NCBI GenBank assembly: GCA_963663025.1
Contig: OY760073.1
Span: 362,538 to 426,537, forward strand
DNA length: 64,000 nucleotides
Direction of reading: 5' to 3'
Source: Dehalococcoidia bacterium
Lineage (GTDB): Bacteria > Chloroflexota > Dehalococcoidia > Lucifugimonadales > JAGWBF01
In this document: one piece after another, positions 1-9,786 of the stretch
How positions within the stretch are numbered: position 1 is the stretch's first letter
How the letters are laid out: each line of letters begins with the position of its first letter
Notes under the pieces: model-generated
What the model was told of the DNA's origin: nothing
The model's input: the letters and a program-made list of their open reading frames with translations, nothing else
Database searches by the model: none
Translations under genes and position numbers: made by a program

Positions 1-15
1 TCCGTCTGCAAGTCA

Positions 16-615
16 TTACAACCTGCGGGGAGATGATAAAAGATGTTCGACGACCTGCAGGATAGCTTCCCAAACCTCGTAGGTTGGCTTGAGCTTCCTG
101 TCCACCTGCAATGCCCAACCTTGGAACTCCTCGGCGTGGCTTCTTACTTCCAGGTTGCCGACTCTCTTGGCTAGCTCCTTCGTTGTATGGTCGTTGGAGA
201 GGATGTAGGTCAGTCCGGTACCCTGATCGTCGCCTTTCCAGGTCACATCGACTACTTTCCCAAATAGCGGGAATGTTTTTCTTCTCAAGGTGCTGATCTT
301 GACCTGTTCGCTGTCCGACACATGGTTATCATCAGGTATGCCGAATACGATCCACCACCTCGGTGGGTTGTGTCTCGATCCGTCTTGCTTCAGCACGTTT
401 ATCCACTTGATCGGTCCCTCCGATATATCAATAATCCCCAGGGACCGCTGGTACCACGAATCCTGCACCTTTTCTTCGTTGCGCCCGCGTTCAGACATCT
501 CTGCCCGTATGCCCAGTGTGTTCAGAGCCGAGGTTAGCTCATCTCTCGTTTTGTCGCGGAATGCTTCTTTCATTACACTGCCCCTCAGGCTCGACTCTGG
601 GAATGTTTGCTCCAT
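16..615 (-). CDS. hypothetical protein (199 aa)
   Basis: Long ORF with ATG start and natural composition, co-oriented downstream of the GH15 gene; no recognised motif. Confidence 0.7.
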   Translation of the reverse strand: MEQTFPESSLRGSVMKEAFRDKTRDELTSALNTLGIRAEMSERGRNEEKVQDSWYQRSLGIIDISEGPIKWINVLKQDGSRHNPPRWWIVFGIPDDNHVSDSEQVKISTLRRKTFPLFGKVVDVTWKGDDQGTGLTYILSNDHTTKELAKRVGNLEVRSHAEEFQGWALQVDRKLKPTYEVWEAILQVVEHLLSSPRRL

Positions 616-680
616 GAATCACAAATACAGCCTTGATTACTATGAGCCGACCGACACCGGCGTTCGGCAAAGACCTGCAA

Positions 681-2588
681 CTATGAAGATCGCCTCCTGC
701 GTCTGGTTGGGGTGTCGGCGATAAAGCCGGACAGGTTCAGGGCGGTGTGGATCAGTCCGATGTGGGAGTACGCCTGGGGAAAGTTCCCAAGCTGCCTCCC
801 GGACATCGGGTCGTACATTTCAGCAAAGAGACCCAGGTGGTTGGCCTGCCTTCGAATCACCTCGTTGAAGTAGTCGAAGCCCCGGTCGGTCTGACCAGTG
901 TAGATCAAGTTCCCGATCAGCCAGAAGCTGAGAAGGGTAAACGCCCCCTCACGCTGGCCCCGGAGACCATCGTCGGTCTCATCAGGTAGGTACCGCCACA
1001 CGAGTGAGCCGTCGGTCAGCTCTCGCTCTATGGCATCTACGTTGTAGCGCACCCGTGGGTCATCGCGTGCAATCAGGCCAAGAAAGGGAATAGCTAGGTT
1101 GCACGCATCGAGGGTGTCGTGTTCGTATCTCTGCCGAAAGGCCCGCTTCGAGTCACACCAGCCCTCATCCAGGATCTGCGCCTTGATCACATCTGCCGTC
1201 TTTTGCCAACGCCCGGCCAGGGAGCGATGTTCCATGGCGTCGGCCACCGAAGAGGCCTTTTCCAGGGCGGCCCAGCACATCACCTTGGAATAGACGAAGT
1301 GCTGCTGCTCCCCCCGCACTTCCCAAACACCCCGGTCCTTGAGGTGCCAGTTGGCTACCACAGTCTCGGCCAGGCTATACACCAGGTTCCAGCTTGCTGC
1401 CGATATCTCTCCGTGCAGCAGGAACAGGGAGTGGATGGAGAGAATAACCCCTCCGAACACATCCAGTTGAAGGTGGCGGGCCGCAGCGTTGCCGATGCGC
1501 ACAGGGCGGGAGTTTTCGTAGCCCTTCAGATGGTCAAGCCTACGTTCCCGCAGTGGAGAGTTGGAACTGACGCCGTAGAGGATGCGGGTCTTTTGATGGG
1601 TTAGATTGCACTGCTCTAGGAGCCATCGCATGTACCTGTCAGCCCCGTACACATCCCCCAATCGGTAGAGAATGTCCACGGTAAAGCTGGAGTCCCTCAG
1701 CCACGAGTAGCGGTAGTCCCAGTTTCGGGTGCCGCCGATAGTTTCCGGCAGGCTGGTGGTCGGAGCGGCCACTATAGCCCCCGTGTTCCGGTACATCATC
1801 AGGTGCAGGGCCAGGAAGGAGCGGACCACCGCATCCCGCCAGAGACCGACGTAGTTCATCTTGGCCACCAGCCCTTGCCAGTACAGCCTTGTGCTGTTGA
1901 GTTTCTCGGTCGTTTGGAGGACCTCGATGCTGGCCGGACGGCCGTGCCCATATGTAACGACGAAGGTCTCCTTTTGTCCCGCGGAAAGGGTGAAGTTGAA
2001 GCTGACCCCCCGTTCATCCATGGGCAGCGGAAGGCTGGCAAGAAGGTTAACAACCTGACGCCCGCCCGACGCCCGCACAGCTGTTGCACCACGGCGTCCG
2101 CGCACGGGCTCGAATTGGGGGAGGGCCCTGGCGTAGTCGTGCCTGGGTTGGAATTCGCATGTCATCCCCACCTCCCCAGAGGTGCAGGCAACTATGCGGT
2201 GAATCTCATGAAGGGCTTTCGGTGGAGTTTCCGTGTTGTCGTCGTCATCATCGGCGGCGGGCATGAAGTCGGTTACGGAGACCTCTCCCGTCGCTGTCTT
2301 GAAGGTGGTCTTCAGGATGTTGGAGTCGGTGACGTACTCTTGGGTAGATTGAAATTCAGGGTTCGCCGGACCGATGCGGAAGCGCCCGCCAACCTCATGA
2401 TCAAGGATGGCGGCGAAGATGCTTGGAGAGTCGAACCTGGGGAAGCAGCACCAATCAATGGAACCATCGGTACCGACGAGGGCCGCGGAGGACATGTCGC
2501 CTATTAGTCCGTAATGGTACAAAGCTGGCCTGGACGGAGGTGCTGCCTGACGAGTCGGAGTGTAGCATCGGGGTTCAGCTTCCTGCAA
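681..2588 (-). CDS. glycoside hydrolase family 15 (trehalase/glucoamylase-like)
   Basis: N-terminal [70 protein letters not shown]; exact start uncertain. Confidence 0.93.
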   Translation of the reverse strand: [635 protein letters not shown]

Positions 2589-2637
2589 CGGGAATGCAAG
2601 CAGGATTTCGCCAGTTATACGCTCCCCTATGCTTGGC

Positions 2638-4464
2638 CTATGCGTCGGTCCTGTAGAGGTAGCGGATATCCCAGATGCCGTAGATGGTGGGGACCGTGTT
2701 ACCGAAGACGTTCCGTACTGCGCTTATGCGTTCCGACAGGGTCAGGTAGATCAACGGGACCTTCTCAGCAACGATCGCCTGGGCCTCGTGGTAGAGATCC
2801 ACCCGCTTTTCGTGGTCGAGTTCCTGGCTTGCTGTGACATAAATCTCGTCGATCTGGGCTTCCCACTCCGTAACGGGCTGCGCCTGGTTGGGGTGCCACA
2901 TGTGCAGGTTCTCGCTGCTGTGCCACATGGTTATGCCATAGTGAGGCTCAGAGGAGCCGGTGAATCCGATGATGATGGCGTCCCAGTCGTATGAGCTGAC
3001 CAGCTGGGTCACAAGCTGATCGAACCCGATGGCTTGGTAGTCGGCGCCGATGCCTATGTCTTGAAGACCTTGGTGGATAACGTCTCCGACAGCCTCCCTG
3101 ACGCTATTGCCCTCGTTGGTGACCATTGAGAACCTGATCTCGTTGCCCTCGGCGTCTTCCCGCACTCCGTCGCCGTTGGAATCATCCCAGCCCAAGTCGT
3201 CGAGAATCTGATTCGCCTTGTCCAGGTCGTACTCGTACTCGCGAACATCGGGGTTGTGGAAGTCCCCCGCCGCGGGACTGACCGACGACCATTGGGGGTA
3301 CCCCAGGCCGTGCTGCACCTCACCTATGATGGCCGCTTTGTCGATGCTATGGGCAACGGCTTGGCGGAACTCCACATTCTGGAACCATCCCAGCTTGGTT
3401 GGGTCCACGAGGGGGTCACCAGAATCGGGGTCGGTGCCGGGGTTCATGTTGAATACCAGGAAAGTCGTCCCGAAGGCGGGACCTCGCTTGGAGATGGTAA
3501 AGTTCCCCTCTTTTTGCAGGGGCTCCAGCTCTGCTAACTCTCTCCCCGGCACTCCGTGGACATCGGATTCTCCCGCCTTGAAGCTGGCAAGCTCATCCTC
3601 CAGCTCGGGGACGATGACATGGACGATCTCGTCCAGATAAGGCAGGGAGTTGCCAGCATCATCCTTGAGCCAGTAGCTTGGGTTTCGGTGCATGACCAGC
3701 CGTTCGCCGGGAACATATTCGCCGATGGTGAATGGTCCTGTCCCTATGATCTCCGACGGGTCCGTTTCGATATCCCATACCTCTGTGAAGGTACCGTTGT
3801 CCACGTACTGCTCAAGGATGTGCCTTGGGTATATAGACGTCCCCATGGAGCGGAGGAAGGGAGCGAAGGGGACCGGGAGCACACACTGGACGGTGTAATC
3901 GTCCAGGGCGGTTACGCTCATCGGCGCCTCCACCCATGTCCCGCTAGCCTCATCCCGATGCCGGAAATTGAATGAGGGCCGGCTGCTTGCCGGAATATCG
4001 TCGTTGTAGATGATTCGATTGAATGTGAAGTCCACGTCGTGGGCAGTGAAGGGTTCTCCGTCGTGCCATCGCACATCCTGTCGCAGGTGGAAGGTCCAAG
4101 TCAGGCCATCCTCTGAAGACTCCCAGGACTCGGCCAGGGAAGGCTCTACCTCGTTGGTCAGCCACGAGGTCTCGGTCAGTCCCTCAAAGAGATACCCCAG
4201 TACATCCGAGGATGCAGCATCGGTGGAGATGGCTAGGTTGAATGTCAGCGGTTCGGAGATAGTCGCAGTAGTGAGAGTTCCGCCCTGCTTTCCGATGGTG
4301 TACTCAAACTCTTCGGCATTCTTCTTTAGCTGTTCTACTACGCTGTCCTCGGGCGGGGCGTCTCCTTCCAGGCAGGCAGCAGCGGTTAGAAGGCAGGTGG
4401 TGAGCAAAAAGATGAGCGCCCACTTTGTCCAGTGACGGGCGCTCGTTACGGCGGAGCTGATCAT
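2638..4464 (-). CDS. ABC transporter substrate-binding lipoprotein, family 5 (peptide/nickel type)
   Basis: Lipobox-like [40 protein letters not shown] signature; GTGPF; ATG at 4464 lies 4 nt after the upstream stop. Confidence 0.92.
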   Translation of the reverse strand: [608 protein letters not shown]

Positions 4465-4468
4465 AGGT

Positions 4469-4885
4469 TCACTCGTCTCGTTTAGCGATGAAGGTAAGGT
4501 GGTTTTTGTTGTTTTCTCTGCGGTAAGAGGCATGGTCCATCATGGTGAGGGAGAGGTAGATTCCCAAGCCCCCGATGGGGCGGTCATCTATGGGCGCCTG
4601 GGTATCGGGGTGGGGGCCTTGGGTGAGAGGGTCAAAGGGTTTGCCCCCATCGATGAATTCCAGGGTCAGGGCATCAGGTTCGGAGAAGATGTTGAGGTCT
4701 ATAAGATGGGTGCCTGAGTCGAAGCCGTAGTCCATGATGTTGAGGATGACCTCTTCCACAACCAGGTGTACGCGGAAGGAGAGGTCTTGGGGCCAGTCCT
4801 GCTCATCTGCGAACTCCTGGAGAGCATCGACGATGCGCGGGAGTTCATCCCGGTTGTTTTGTACCTTGAGGAGGAGGGAGGTCAA
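4469..4885 (-). CDS. RsbW/SpoIIAB-like anti-sigma factor Ser/Thr kinase (HATPase_c_2)
   Basis: EEVILN (N-box), IDGGKPFDP (DxG), RPIGGLGIYL (G2 box); ATGA overlap with upstream gene. Confidence 0.92.
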   Translation of the reverse strand: MTSLLLKVQNNRDELPRIVDALQEFADEQDWPQDLSFRVHLVVEEVILNIMDYGFDSGTHLIDLNIFSEPDALTLEFIDGGKPFDPLTQGPHPDTQAPIDDRPIGGLGIYLSLTMMDHASYRRENNKNHLTFIAKRDE

Positions 4886-6054
4886 GATGAGAAGTTGCCT
4901 CTGGAAAGGGTAAGGCAGGTGATATCGTCGGACTGGGGAGCTTCAGCGACGAATGTGCGGACGTTGTGGAAGACCGCTTCGTTGGCATCATGGGAGGTTT
5001 TGGGTGGGCTGTCGGTGAAGATGTTTAAGAGCCTGTCGTTGCCGAACTCTTCATAGTCGGCGTTCATAGCTTCGGTGACCCCATCGGTGTAGAGGATGAA
5101 GGTATCTCCCTGGGAGAGGGTGATTTCATCCTGAGAGTAGGGAAGGTCGGGCATAAGGCCCAGTGCTATGCCCCCGGAGGTAGGAAGAAGCTCGGAGGAG
5201 CCGTTGGCATGGACGATGAGGGGGGCGTTGTGGCCTCCGTTGGCGTAGGAAAGGTGGCCGGATTCAGGGTTGTATTCTGCATAGAGGATGGTGACGAACA
5301 TAGCGCTCTCATTGTCCTGGCTGAGGAGGTTGTTGACCTCCTGGAGAACATCGGCAGGGTTGGAGGAGCCGATGGCTGCACCTTTGAGAAGGGTGCGTGC
5401 GGACATCATAAAGAGGGCGGCTGGGACCCCTTTGCCGGACACATCGGCGATAGCAAGGCCGATGCGCCCGTTTTCCAGGCGGATGACATCAAAGAAATCT
5501 CCTCCGACGCTTCGGGCAGGTTCCATGTTGCCGAAGACCTGGAAGGTGGGGGAGGAGGGAAACTGGGTGGGGAGGATGGACTGCTGCATGTTGCTGGCCA
5601 CATCCAGCTCATTCTGGATAGCAACGAGCTTATCTCTGGAAGCCAGAGCATCGCGCCACTCTTCTATGTGGCTTAATGTCCTGGAGATGGTGACCTCCAG
5701 GTCTTCGAAATCTATAGGTTTGGTGACAAAGTCGAAAGCACCTCGGTTCATAGCGGTGCGGATGTTTTTCATATCTCCGTAGGCGGAGATGATGACAGCT
5801 CTAAGGTCTGGGTCTACGTTGGGAATCTGTTCGAGGAGGGTGAGGCCATCCATCTGGGGCATGTTGATGTCGGAGAGCACCATGTCGATTTCCGAATCTT
5901 CGCGGAGCTTGGCAAGAGCTTCGAGGCCGTTCTGAGCGAAGGTGAAGTTGTACTTGCCTGCTCTGATGTGGCGACGCATACGCTGGAGCACAAGGGGTTC
6001 CACATCAGGTTCATCATCTACGACGAGGATTTTGTAGGGTTTGGGAGATTCCAT
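4882..6054 (-). CDS. REC + SpoIIE/PP2C phosphatase (RsbU/RsbY-like)
   Basis: ILVVDDE, SDINMPQMDG, FVTKP receiver motifs; VGGDFFD, ADVSGKGVPAA, YTDGVTEA, SDDIT PP2C motifs. Confidence 0.95.
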   Translation of the reverse strand: MESPKPYKILVVDDEPDVEPLVLQRMRRHIRAGKYNFTFAQNGLEALAKLREDSEIDMVLSDINMPQMDGLTLLEQIPNVDPDLRAVIISAYGDMKNIRTAMNRGAFDFVTKPIDFEDLEVTISRTLSHIEEWRDALASRDKLVAIQNELDVASNMQQSILPTQFPSSPTFQVFGNMEPARSVGGDFFDVIRLENGRIGLAIADVSGKGVPAALFMMSARTLLKGAAIGSSNPADVLQEVNNLLSQDNESAMFVTILYAEYNPESGHLSYANGGHNAPLIVHANGSSELLPTSGGIALGLMPDLPYSQDEITLSQGDTFILYTDGVTEAMNADYEEFGNDRLLNIFTDSPPKTSHDANEAVFHNVRTFVAEAPQSDDITCLTLSRGNFSS

Positions 6055-6073
6055 GGTAGAAGGAGGGACTTAC

Positions 6074-6470
6074 CTAGCTGCCAAGGGAAGCAAGGGCATC
6101 AGCTTGGGCAGGATGGACAGGGATGATCTTATCGAAGCCGCTGATCTGGAACACCTCGCTGATGGAAGGGGAGAGGGAGCAGACACCGAACTTGCCGGAC
6201 TTGCCCTGAAGCTGGCGTGCTATGAGAAGGATGACCCTTAGGCCTGCGCTGCTGATGTAAGAAAGGTCTTCCATATCAAGGAGGAGGGCGGTGGCGTTGG
6301 TGCTGAGGATGGATTCGAGGGCATCCTGGAACCTCTCTGGCATTGCTGCCATCAACCCGGCCGGAGGTTCTGGCAACAAGGACTGACCCCTTGTTTTCAC
6401 CTTCGACCTTGAGATTCTTGGTATCAACAGCAACCCAAGCTCCATTGCCCTGCTGGCCGGAAGTTTCCAT
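6074..6470 (-). CDS. STAS-domain anti-sigma factor antagonist (RsbV-like), apparent 1-nt insertion near 6332
   Basis: N-part METSGQQ...SGRVDGSNAR and C-part FQDALES...LDMEDLSYISSAGLRVIL lie in different frames; removing one G from GAGGTTC restores the frame. Confidence 0.85.
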
Positions 6471-6658
6471 CGTCCCCCGCTCCTTTACGATGACAATCCA
6501 AACACAGCCAGACCTCAAAGGCTGGCCTGCACCATAGTATAGCATATACACAGAAGTACATCAGCAATAGCGGGCAAATGGGGTCGGTGGGATCGGGCCT
6601 GCCAGCGGATGGACTGGCTTAGATGGAAAGCCCAAGACATGATAACATTTAGCGGACG

Positions 6659-8092
6659 ATGACCAAGCAGCGCCGAAGGGACGATCGGAAAGTGGCTGGA
6701 TACGACTACGATATGGCGATCATAGGCTCCGGGCCTGGTGGTCATGGGGCCGCCATCCAGGCTTCCAAGCTTGGAAAGAAGGTGGTCGTCCTGGAGAAGC
6801 AGTCAGACATCGGCGGCGAAACCGTCAATGTAGGCACACCGAGCAAGACCGTTCGGGAAGCAGCCCTGTACCTGACCGGATACAGGGAGCGTAACATCTA
6901 CGGCGAGTCCTACGCCATCAAGGACAAGATCACCATGGGGGACCTGATGGTCAGGACCCGCTACGTGATGGAGCACCAGGCGGATATGTTGCGCAGCCAG
7001 CTTATCCAAGCCCGGGTGGACATGGTAAATGCCGAAGGCTCTTTTATAGGCCCCCATACTCTGAATCTTGCCTCGGATGGCGGAAGGTCCAACCGCACAA
7101 TCACCGCCGAGAAGGTGGTCATAGCGGTAGGCACCTTCTCTACGATGCCCCCCGTCGTGTATGCCGACGGGCGCCTGGTATTTGTGGGCGATCATGTCCT
7201 TAACCTGCCCGACCTGCCCCGCACCCTGGCAATAGTCGGCGCTGGCCCCATCGGCTTGGAGTATTGCAGCACATTTGCCGAGTTGGGGGTGCGGGTCACC
7301 CTGGTGAACATGGCCGCCCGTATCCTGCCCTTCGCCGACGATGAGCTTGTGGACACGCTCATATACCACCTCCGGCAGAGGGATGTGAGCTTCAGATTGT
7401 CGGAGGAGGTGTTCGACATCGAGTATATGAGGGACAGCCTCGGGGACCGGGTCCGGGTAAAGCTGGTCAGCGGCAACCAGATTGTCAGCGATGCTGTGAT
7501 GTACTGCGTTGGCCGGACAGGGTCCACTTCATCACTGAACCTGGAAGCCGCCGGCCTCGAAGCCGATCCGCGGGGACGCCTCAAGGTGGACGAAAACTAT
7601 CAGACCAGCGTAAAGGGAATCTATGCTGTGGGCGGAGTAATCGGTTTCCCCAACCTGGTTTCGACCTCAGAGATGCAGGGACGCCTCGCCGTATGCCACG
7701 CCTTTGGATCTGAAGCCAACAGCTTTCCCGGCCTCTTTCCCTATACCATCAGGACCATTCCTGAGATCGCCATGGTGGGCAAGACAGAGGCCGAGCTAAC
7801 GGAGGAAGGGACCCCCTACGAGATCGGCAGGGCAAGGTACAAGGACATCGTGAAGAGCATGATACAGGGGGAAGATGCGGGGCTGCTCAAGCTGATCTTC
7901 AATCCCGAGAGCCGGAAGCTGCTAGGTGTGCACATCGTTGGCGAAGCCGCCTCTGAACTGATCCATATCGGACAGGCGGTTATCGCTCATGAAGGTGTTG
8001 TGGACTACTTCCTTGATTCGGTGACCAGCCACCCAACCCTATCCGAAGCTTACGTGGCTGCGGCCCTCGACGGCATCGGTCGCTTGGGGTGA
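6659..8092 (+). CDS. sthA: soluble pyridine nucleotide transhydrogenase-like flavoprotein
   Basis: IIGSGPGG FAD motif, GTPSKTVREAA, GAGPIGLEY, VIGFPNL, ASELIHIGQAV, HPTLSEAY; no redox Cys pair. Confidence 0.8.
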   Translation: MTKQRRRDDRKVAGYDYDMAIIGSGPGGHGAAIQASKLGKKVVVLEKQSDIGGETVNVGTPSKTVREAALYLTGYRERNIYGESYAIKDKITMGDLMVRTRYVMEHQADMLRSQLIQARVDMVNAEGSFIGPHTLNLASDGGRSNRTITAEKVVIAVGTFSTMPPVVYADGRLVFVGDHVLNLPDLPRTLAIVGAGPIGLEYCSTFAELGVRVTLVNMAARILPFADDELVDTLIYHLRQRDVSFRLSEEVFDIEYMRDSLGDRVRVKLVSGNQIVSDAVMYCVGRTGSTSSLNLEAAGLEADPRGRLKVDENYQTSVKGIYAVGGVIGFPNLVSTSEMQGRLAVCHAFGSEANSFPGLFPYTIRTIPEIAMVGKTEAELTEEGTPYEIGRARYKDIVKSMIQGEDAGLLKLIFNPESRKLLGVHIVGEAASELIHIGQAVIAHEGVVDYFLDSVTSHPTLSEAYVAAALDGIGRLG

Positions 8093-8159
8093 GGGCCCTG
8101 GGATATCGTTAGCGTTAGCCTTTAAGCCACCGCCAGAGGTTCGGGGAAACCTGCGAAGA

Positions 8160-9428
8160 TCACTTCTGGGCTTGAAGCAGGTGTTCCACGTGGTGGTCTT
8201 CCCCAGTGCAAGAGGCTGCAGTTTGCTCCAGCTGTATCGTTACATGCGAAATGCCGTACCGGTTATGGGTGATGTCCTGTATCCGGCTTCGCAGCCTCTC
8301 GAAGCTTCCCTGGTAGGAAGGGTCCACCAGCACATGGGCGGTGAAGGCATCGCTTCCCGAGGTGATGGTCCAGCAGTGGACGTCGTGGATCAGGGTAACC
8401 CCGTCTAGATCCTCAATATCGTTGCACAGGTTGTAAACATCTATGTGCTTGGGGGTGCCTTCCAGCAGAACGTGGAACACCTTCATCGTCAAGGACCATG
8501 AGCTGCGCATGATGAGCAGCCCTATGACTACGCTGAGGAGGGGGTCAATGGGAGTCCATCCGACGGTCAGGATGATAATTCCCGCAACCACGACACCCAC
8601 GGAACCCATCAGGTCGGCCAGGACATGCTGGAATGCCCCGTCGACGTTCAGGCTGTGACCCGAGTTGCGGTGCAGAATATAGGCTACGATTATGTTGATG
8701 ATCAGGCCGCCGATGCCGACAAGGAGCACCGAAAGCCCTTCGACGTGATGCTCGTCCAGGCGGAACCGCTGATAAGCCTCCCAGAATATCCAGCCGACTA
8801 TCAGCCAGAGGGTTAGGCCGTTTAGCAGGGCGGCAATCACCTCGCTGCGGTAGTACCCGTAAGTGCGCTCAGCAGATGCTCCCCGCTCGGCGATCCACAT
8901 GGCAAATATGGCCATGGCAATGGCGGCAGCGTCGGTGAGCATGTGTCCGGCGTCTGCAATGAGGGCCAAGCTGCCGGAGACGATTCCTCCGACCACCTCG
9001 GCCACCATGTAGGTGCTGATCAGCACCAGCGAGATGATCAGGCTGCGGCGACTGGCGCCTCGCAGTTCGTGGGAATGGTCGTGGCCCTCGTGCCCGTGCC
9101 CATGGTCGTCGTGGTCGTGCTCATCGTGGGCGTCATGGTCATGCCCATGGTCATCGTGGTCATGCTCATCGTGGGCATCGTGGTCATGCCCATGGTCGTC
9201 GTGGTCGTGCTCATCGTGGGCGTCATGGTCATGCCCATGGTCGTCGGCAGGGCGGTCGGAGCTGCCTCCAGCCCCGGGGGTGGATACAAAGAAGGTGGAC
9301 CCTTGGCCTTCCCGCTTCGGCTTGAATCCGAGCAAGGCGCGAGATATCTCGGCAACCTTCCCAACTGATCCCTGCCCCGGAGCGGGGCCATACCCTCTCC
9401 AGGGGATGCTCGACTCTCCGATACCCAT
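8160..9428 (-). CDS. cation diffusion facilitator (CzcD/ZitB-like) with His-rich N-terminal tandem repeat
   Basis: GSLALIADAGHMLTD (HxxxD), FQHVLADLMGS, DVHCWTITSG, ISHVTIQLE. Confidence 0.93.
   Translation of the reverse strand: MGIGESSIPWRGYGPAPGQGSVGKVAEISRALLGFKPKREGQGSTFFVSTPGAGGSSDRPADDHGHDHDAHDEHDHDDHGHDHDAHDEHDHDDHGHDHDAHDEHDHDDHGHGHEGHDHSHELRGASRRSLIISLVLISTYMVAEVVGGIVSGSLALIADAGHMLTDAAAIAMAIFAMWIAERGASAERTYGYYRSEVIAALLNGLTLWLIVGWIFWEAYQRFRLDEHHVEGLSVLLVGIGGLIINIIVAYILHRNSGHSLNVDGAFQHVLADLMGSVGVVVAGIIILTVGWTPIDPLLSVVIGLLIMRSSWSLTMKVFHVLLEGTPKHIDVYNLCNDIEDLDGVTLIHDVHCWTITSGSDAFTAHVLVDPSYQGSFERLRSRIQDITHNRYGISHVTIQLEQTAASCTGEDHHVEHLLQAQK
9099..9246 (-). repeat. 45-bp coding tandem repeat, about 3 copies, encoding DDHGHDHDAHDEHDH
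   Basis: catggtc(g/a)tcgtggtc(g/a)tgctcatcgtgggc unit recurs at 45-nt period. Confidence 0.9.
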
Positions 9429-9554
9429 GGGTCCCTGCTTAGTTCACAAGATAGGGCACCCGGAACCCCCACCCCTGCCCCAGAAAGGACTGGCGGCAGG
9501 GCGCGGGAGAGCTGGATGCCTGGGCTACAACCCCGTCTGTCCCAGGTCTAAGGC

Positions 9555-9752
9555 TTAGTGCTCGTGGTGTTCGTGGTCATCGCACTCGTGCGGGTCGTGG
9601 ACGTGGGCATGGTGTTCATGGTCATCGCACTCGTGTATGTCGTGGACATGGCCTGGCTCATCGCCGTGGTGCTCATGCTCATCGCACTCGTGAACATCAT
9701 GAACATGGGCGTGGTGTTCGTGGTCGTCGCACTCGTGTATGTCGTGGGGCAT
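9555..9752 (-). CDS. 65-aa His/Cys/acidic repeat peptide, putative metal-binding protein
   Basis: AAAGGAG RBS 4 nt before ATG; four HD(I/V/P)HECD(D/E)HEHH repeats; own promoter. Confidence 0.85.
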   Translation of the reverse strand: MPHDIHECDDHEHHAHVHDVHECDEHEHHGDEPGHVHDIHECDDHEHHAHVHDPHECDDHEHHEH

Positions 9753-9786
9753 CCTACTCCTTTCTCAGGAACATATTGTCCAGCAC

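Noticed and set aside
9099-9752. CRISPR-like or non-coding repeat arrays
   Set aside because: Repeats are in-frame coding units without unique spacers; no cas genes or CRISPR array seen anywhere in the window
9555-9752. His-operon attenuator leader peptide
   Set aside because: Too long, His codons are interspersed, the downstream gene is a metal exporter, and there is no terminator U-tract
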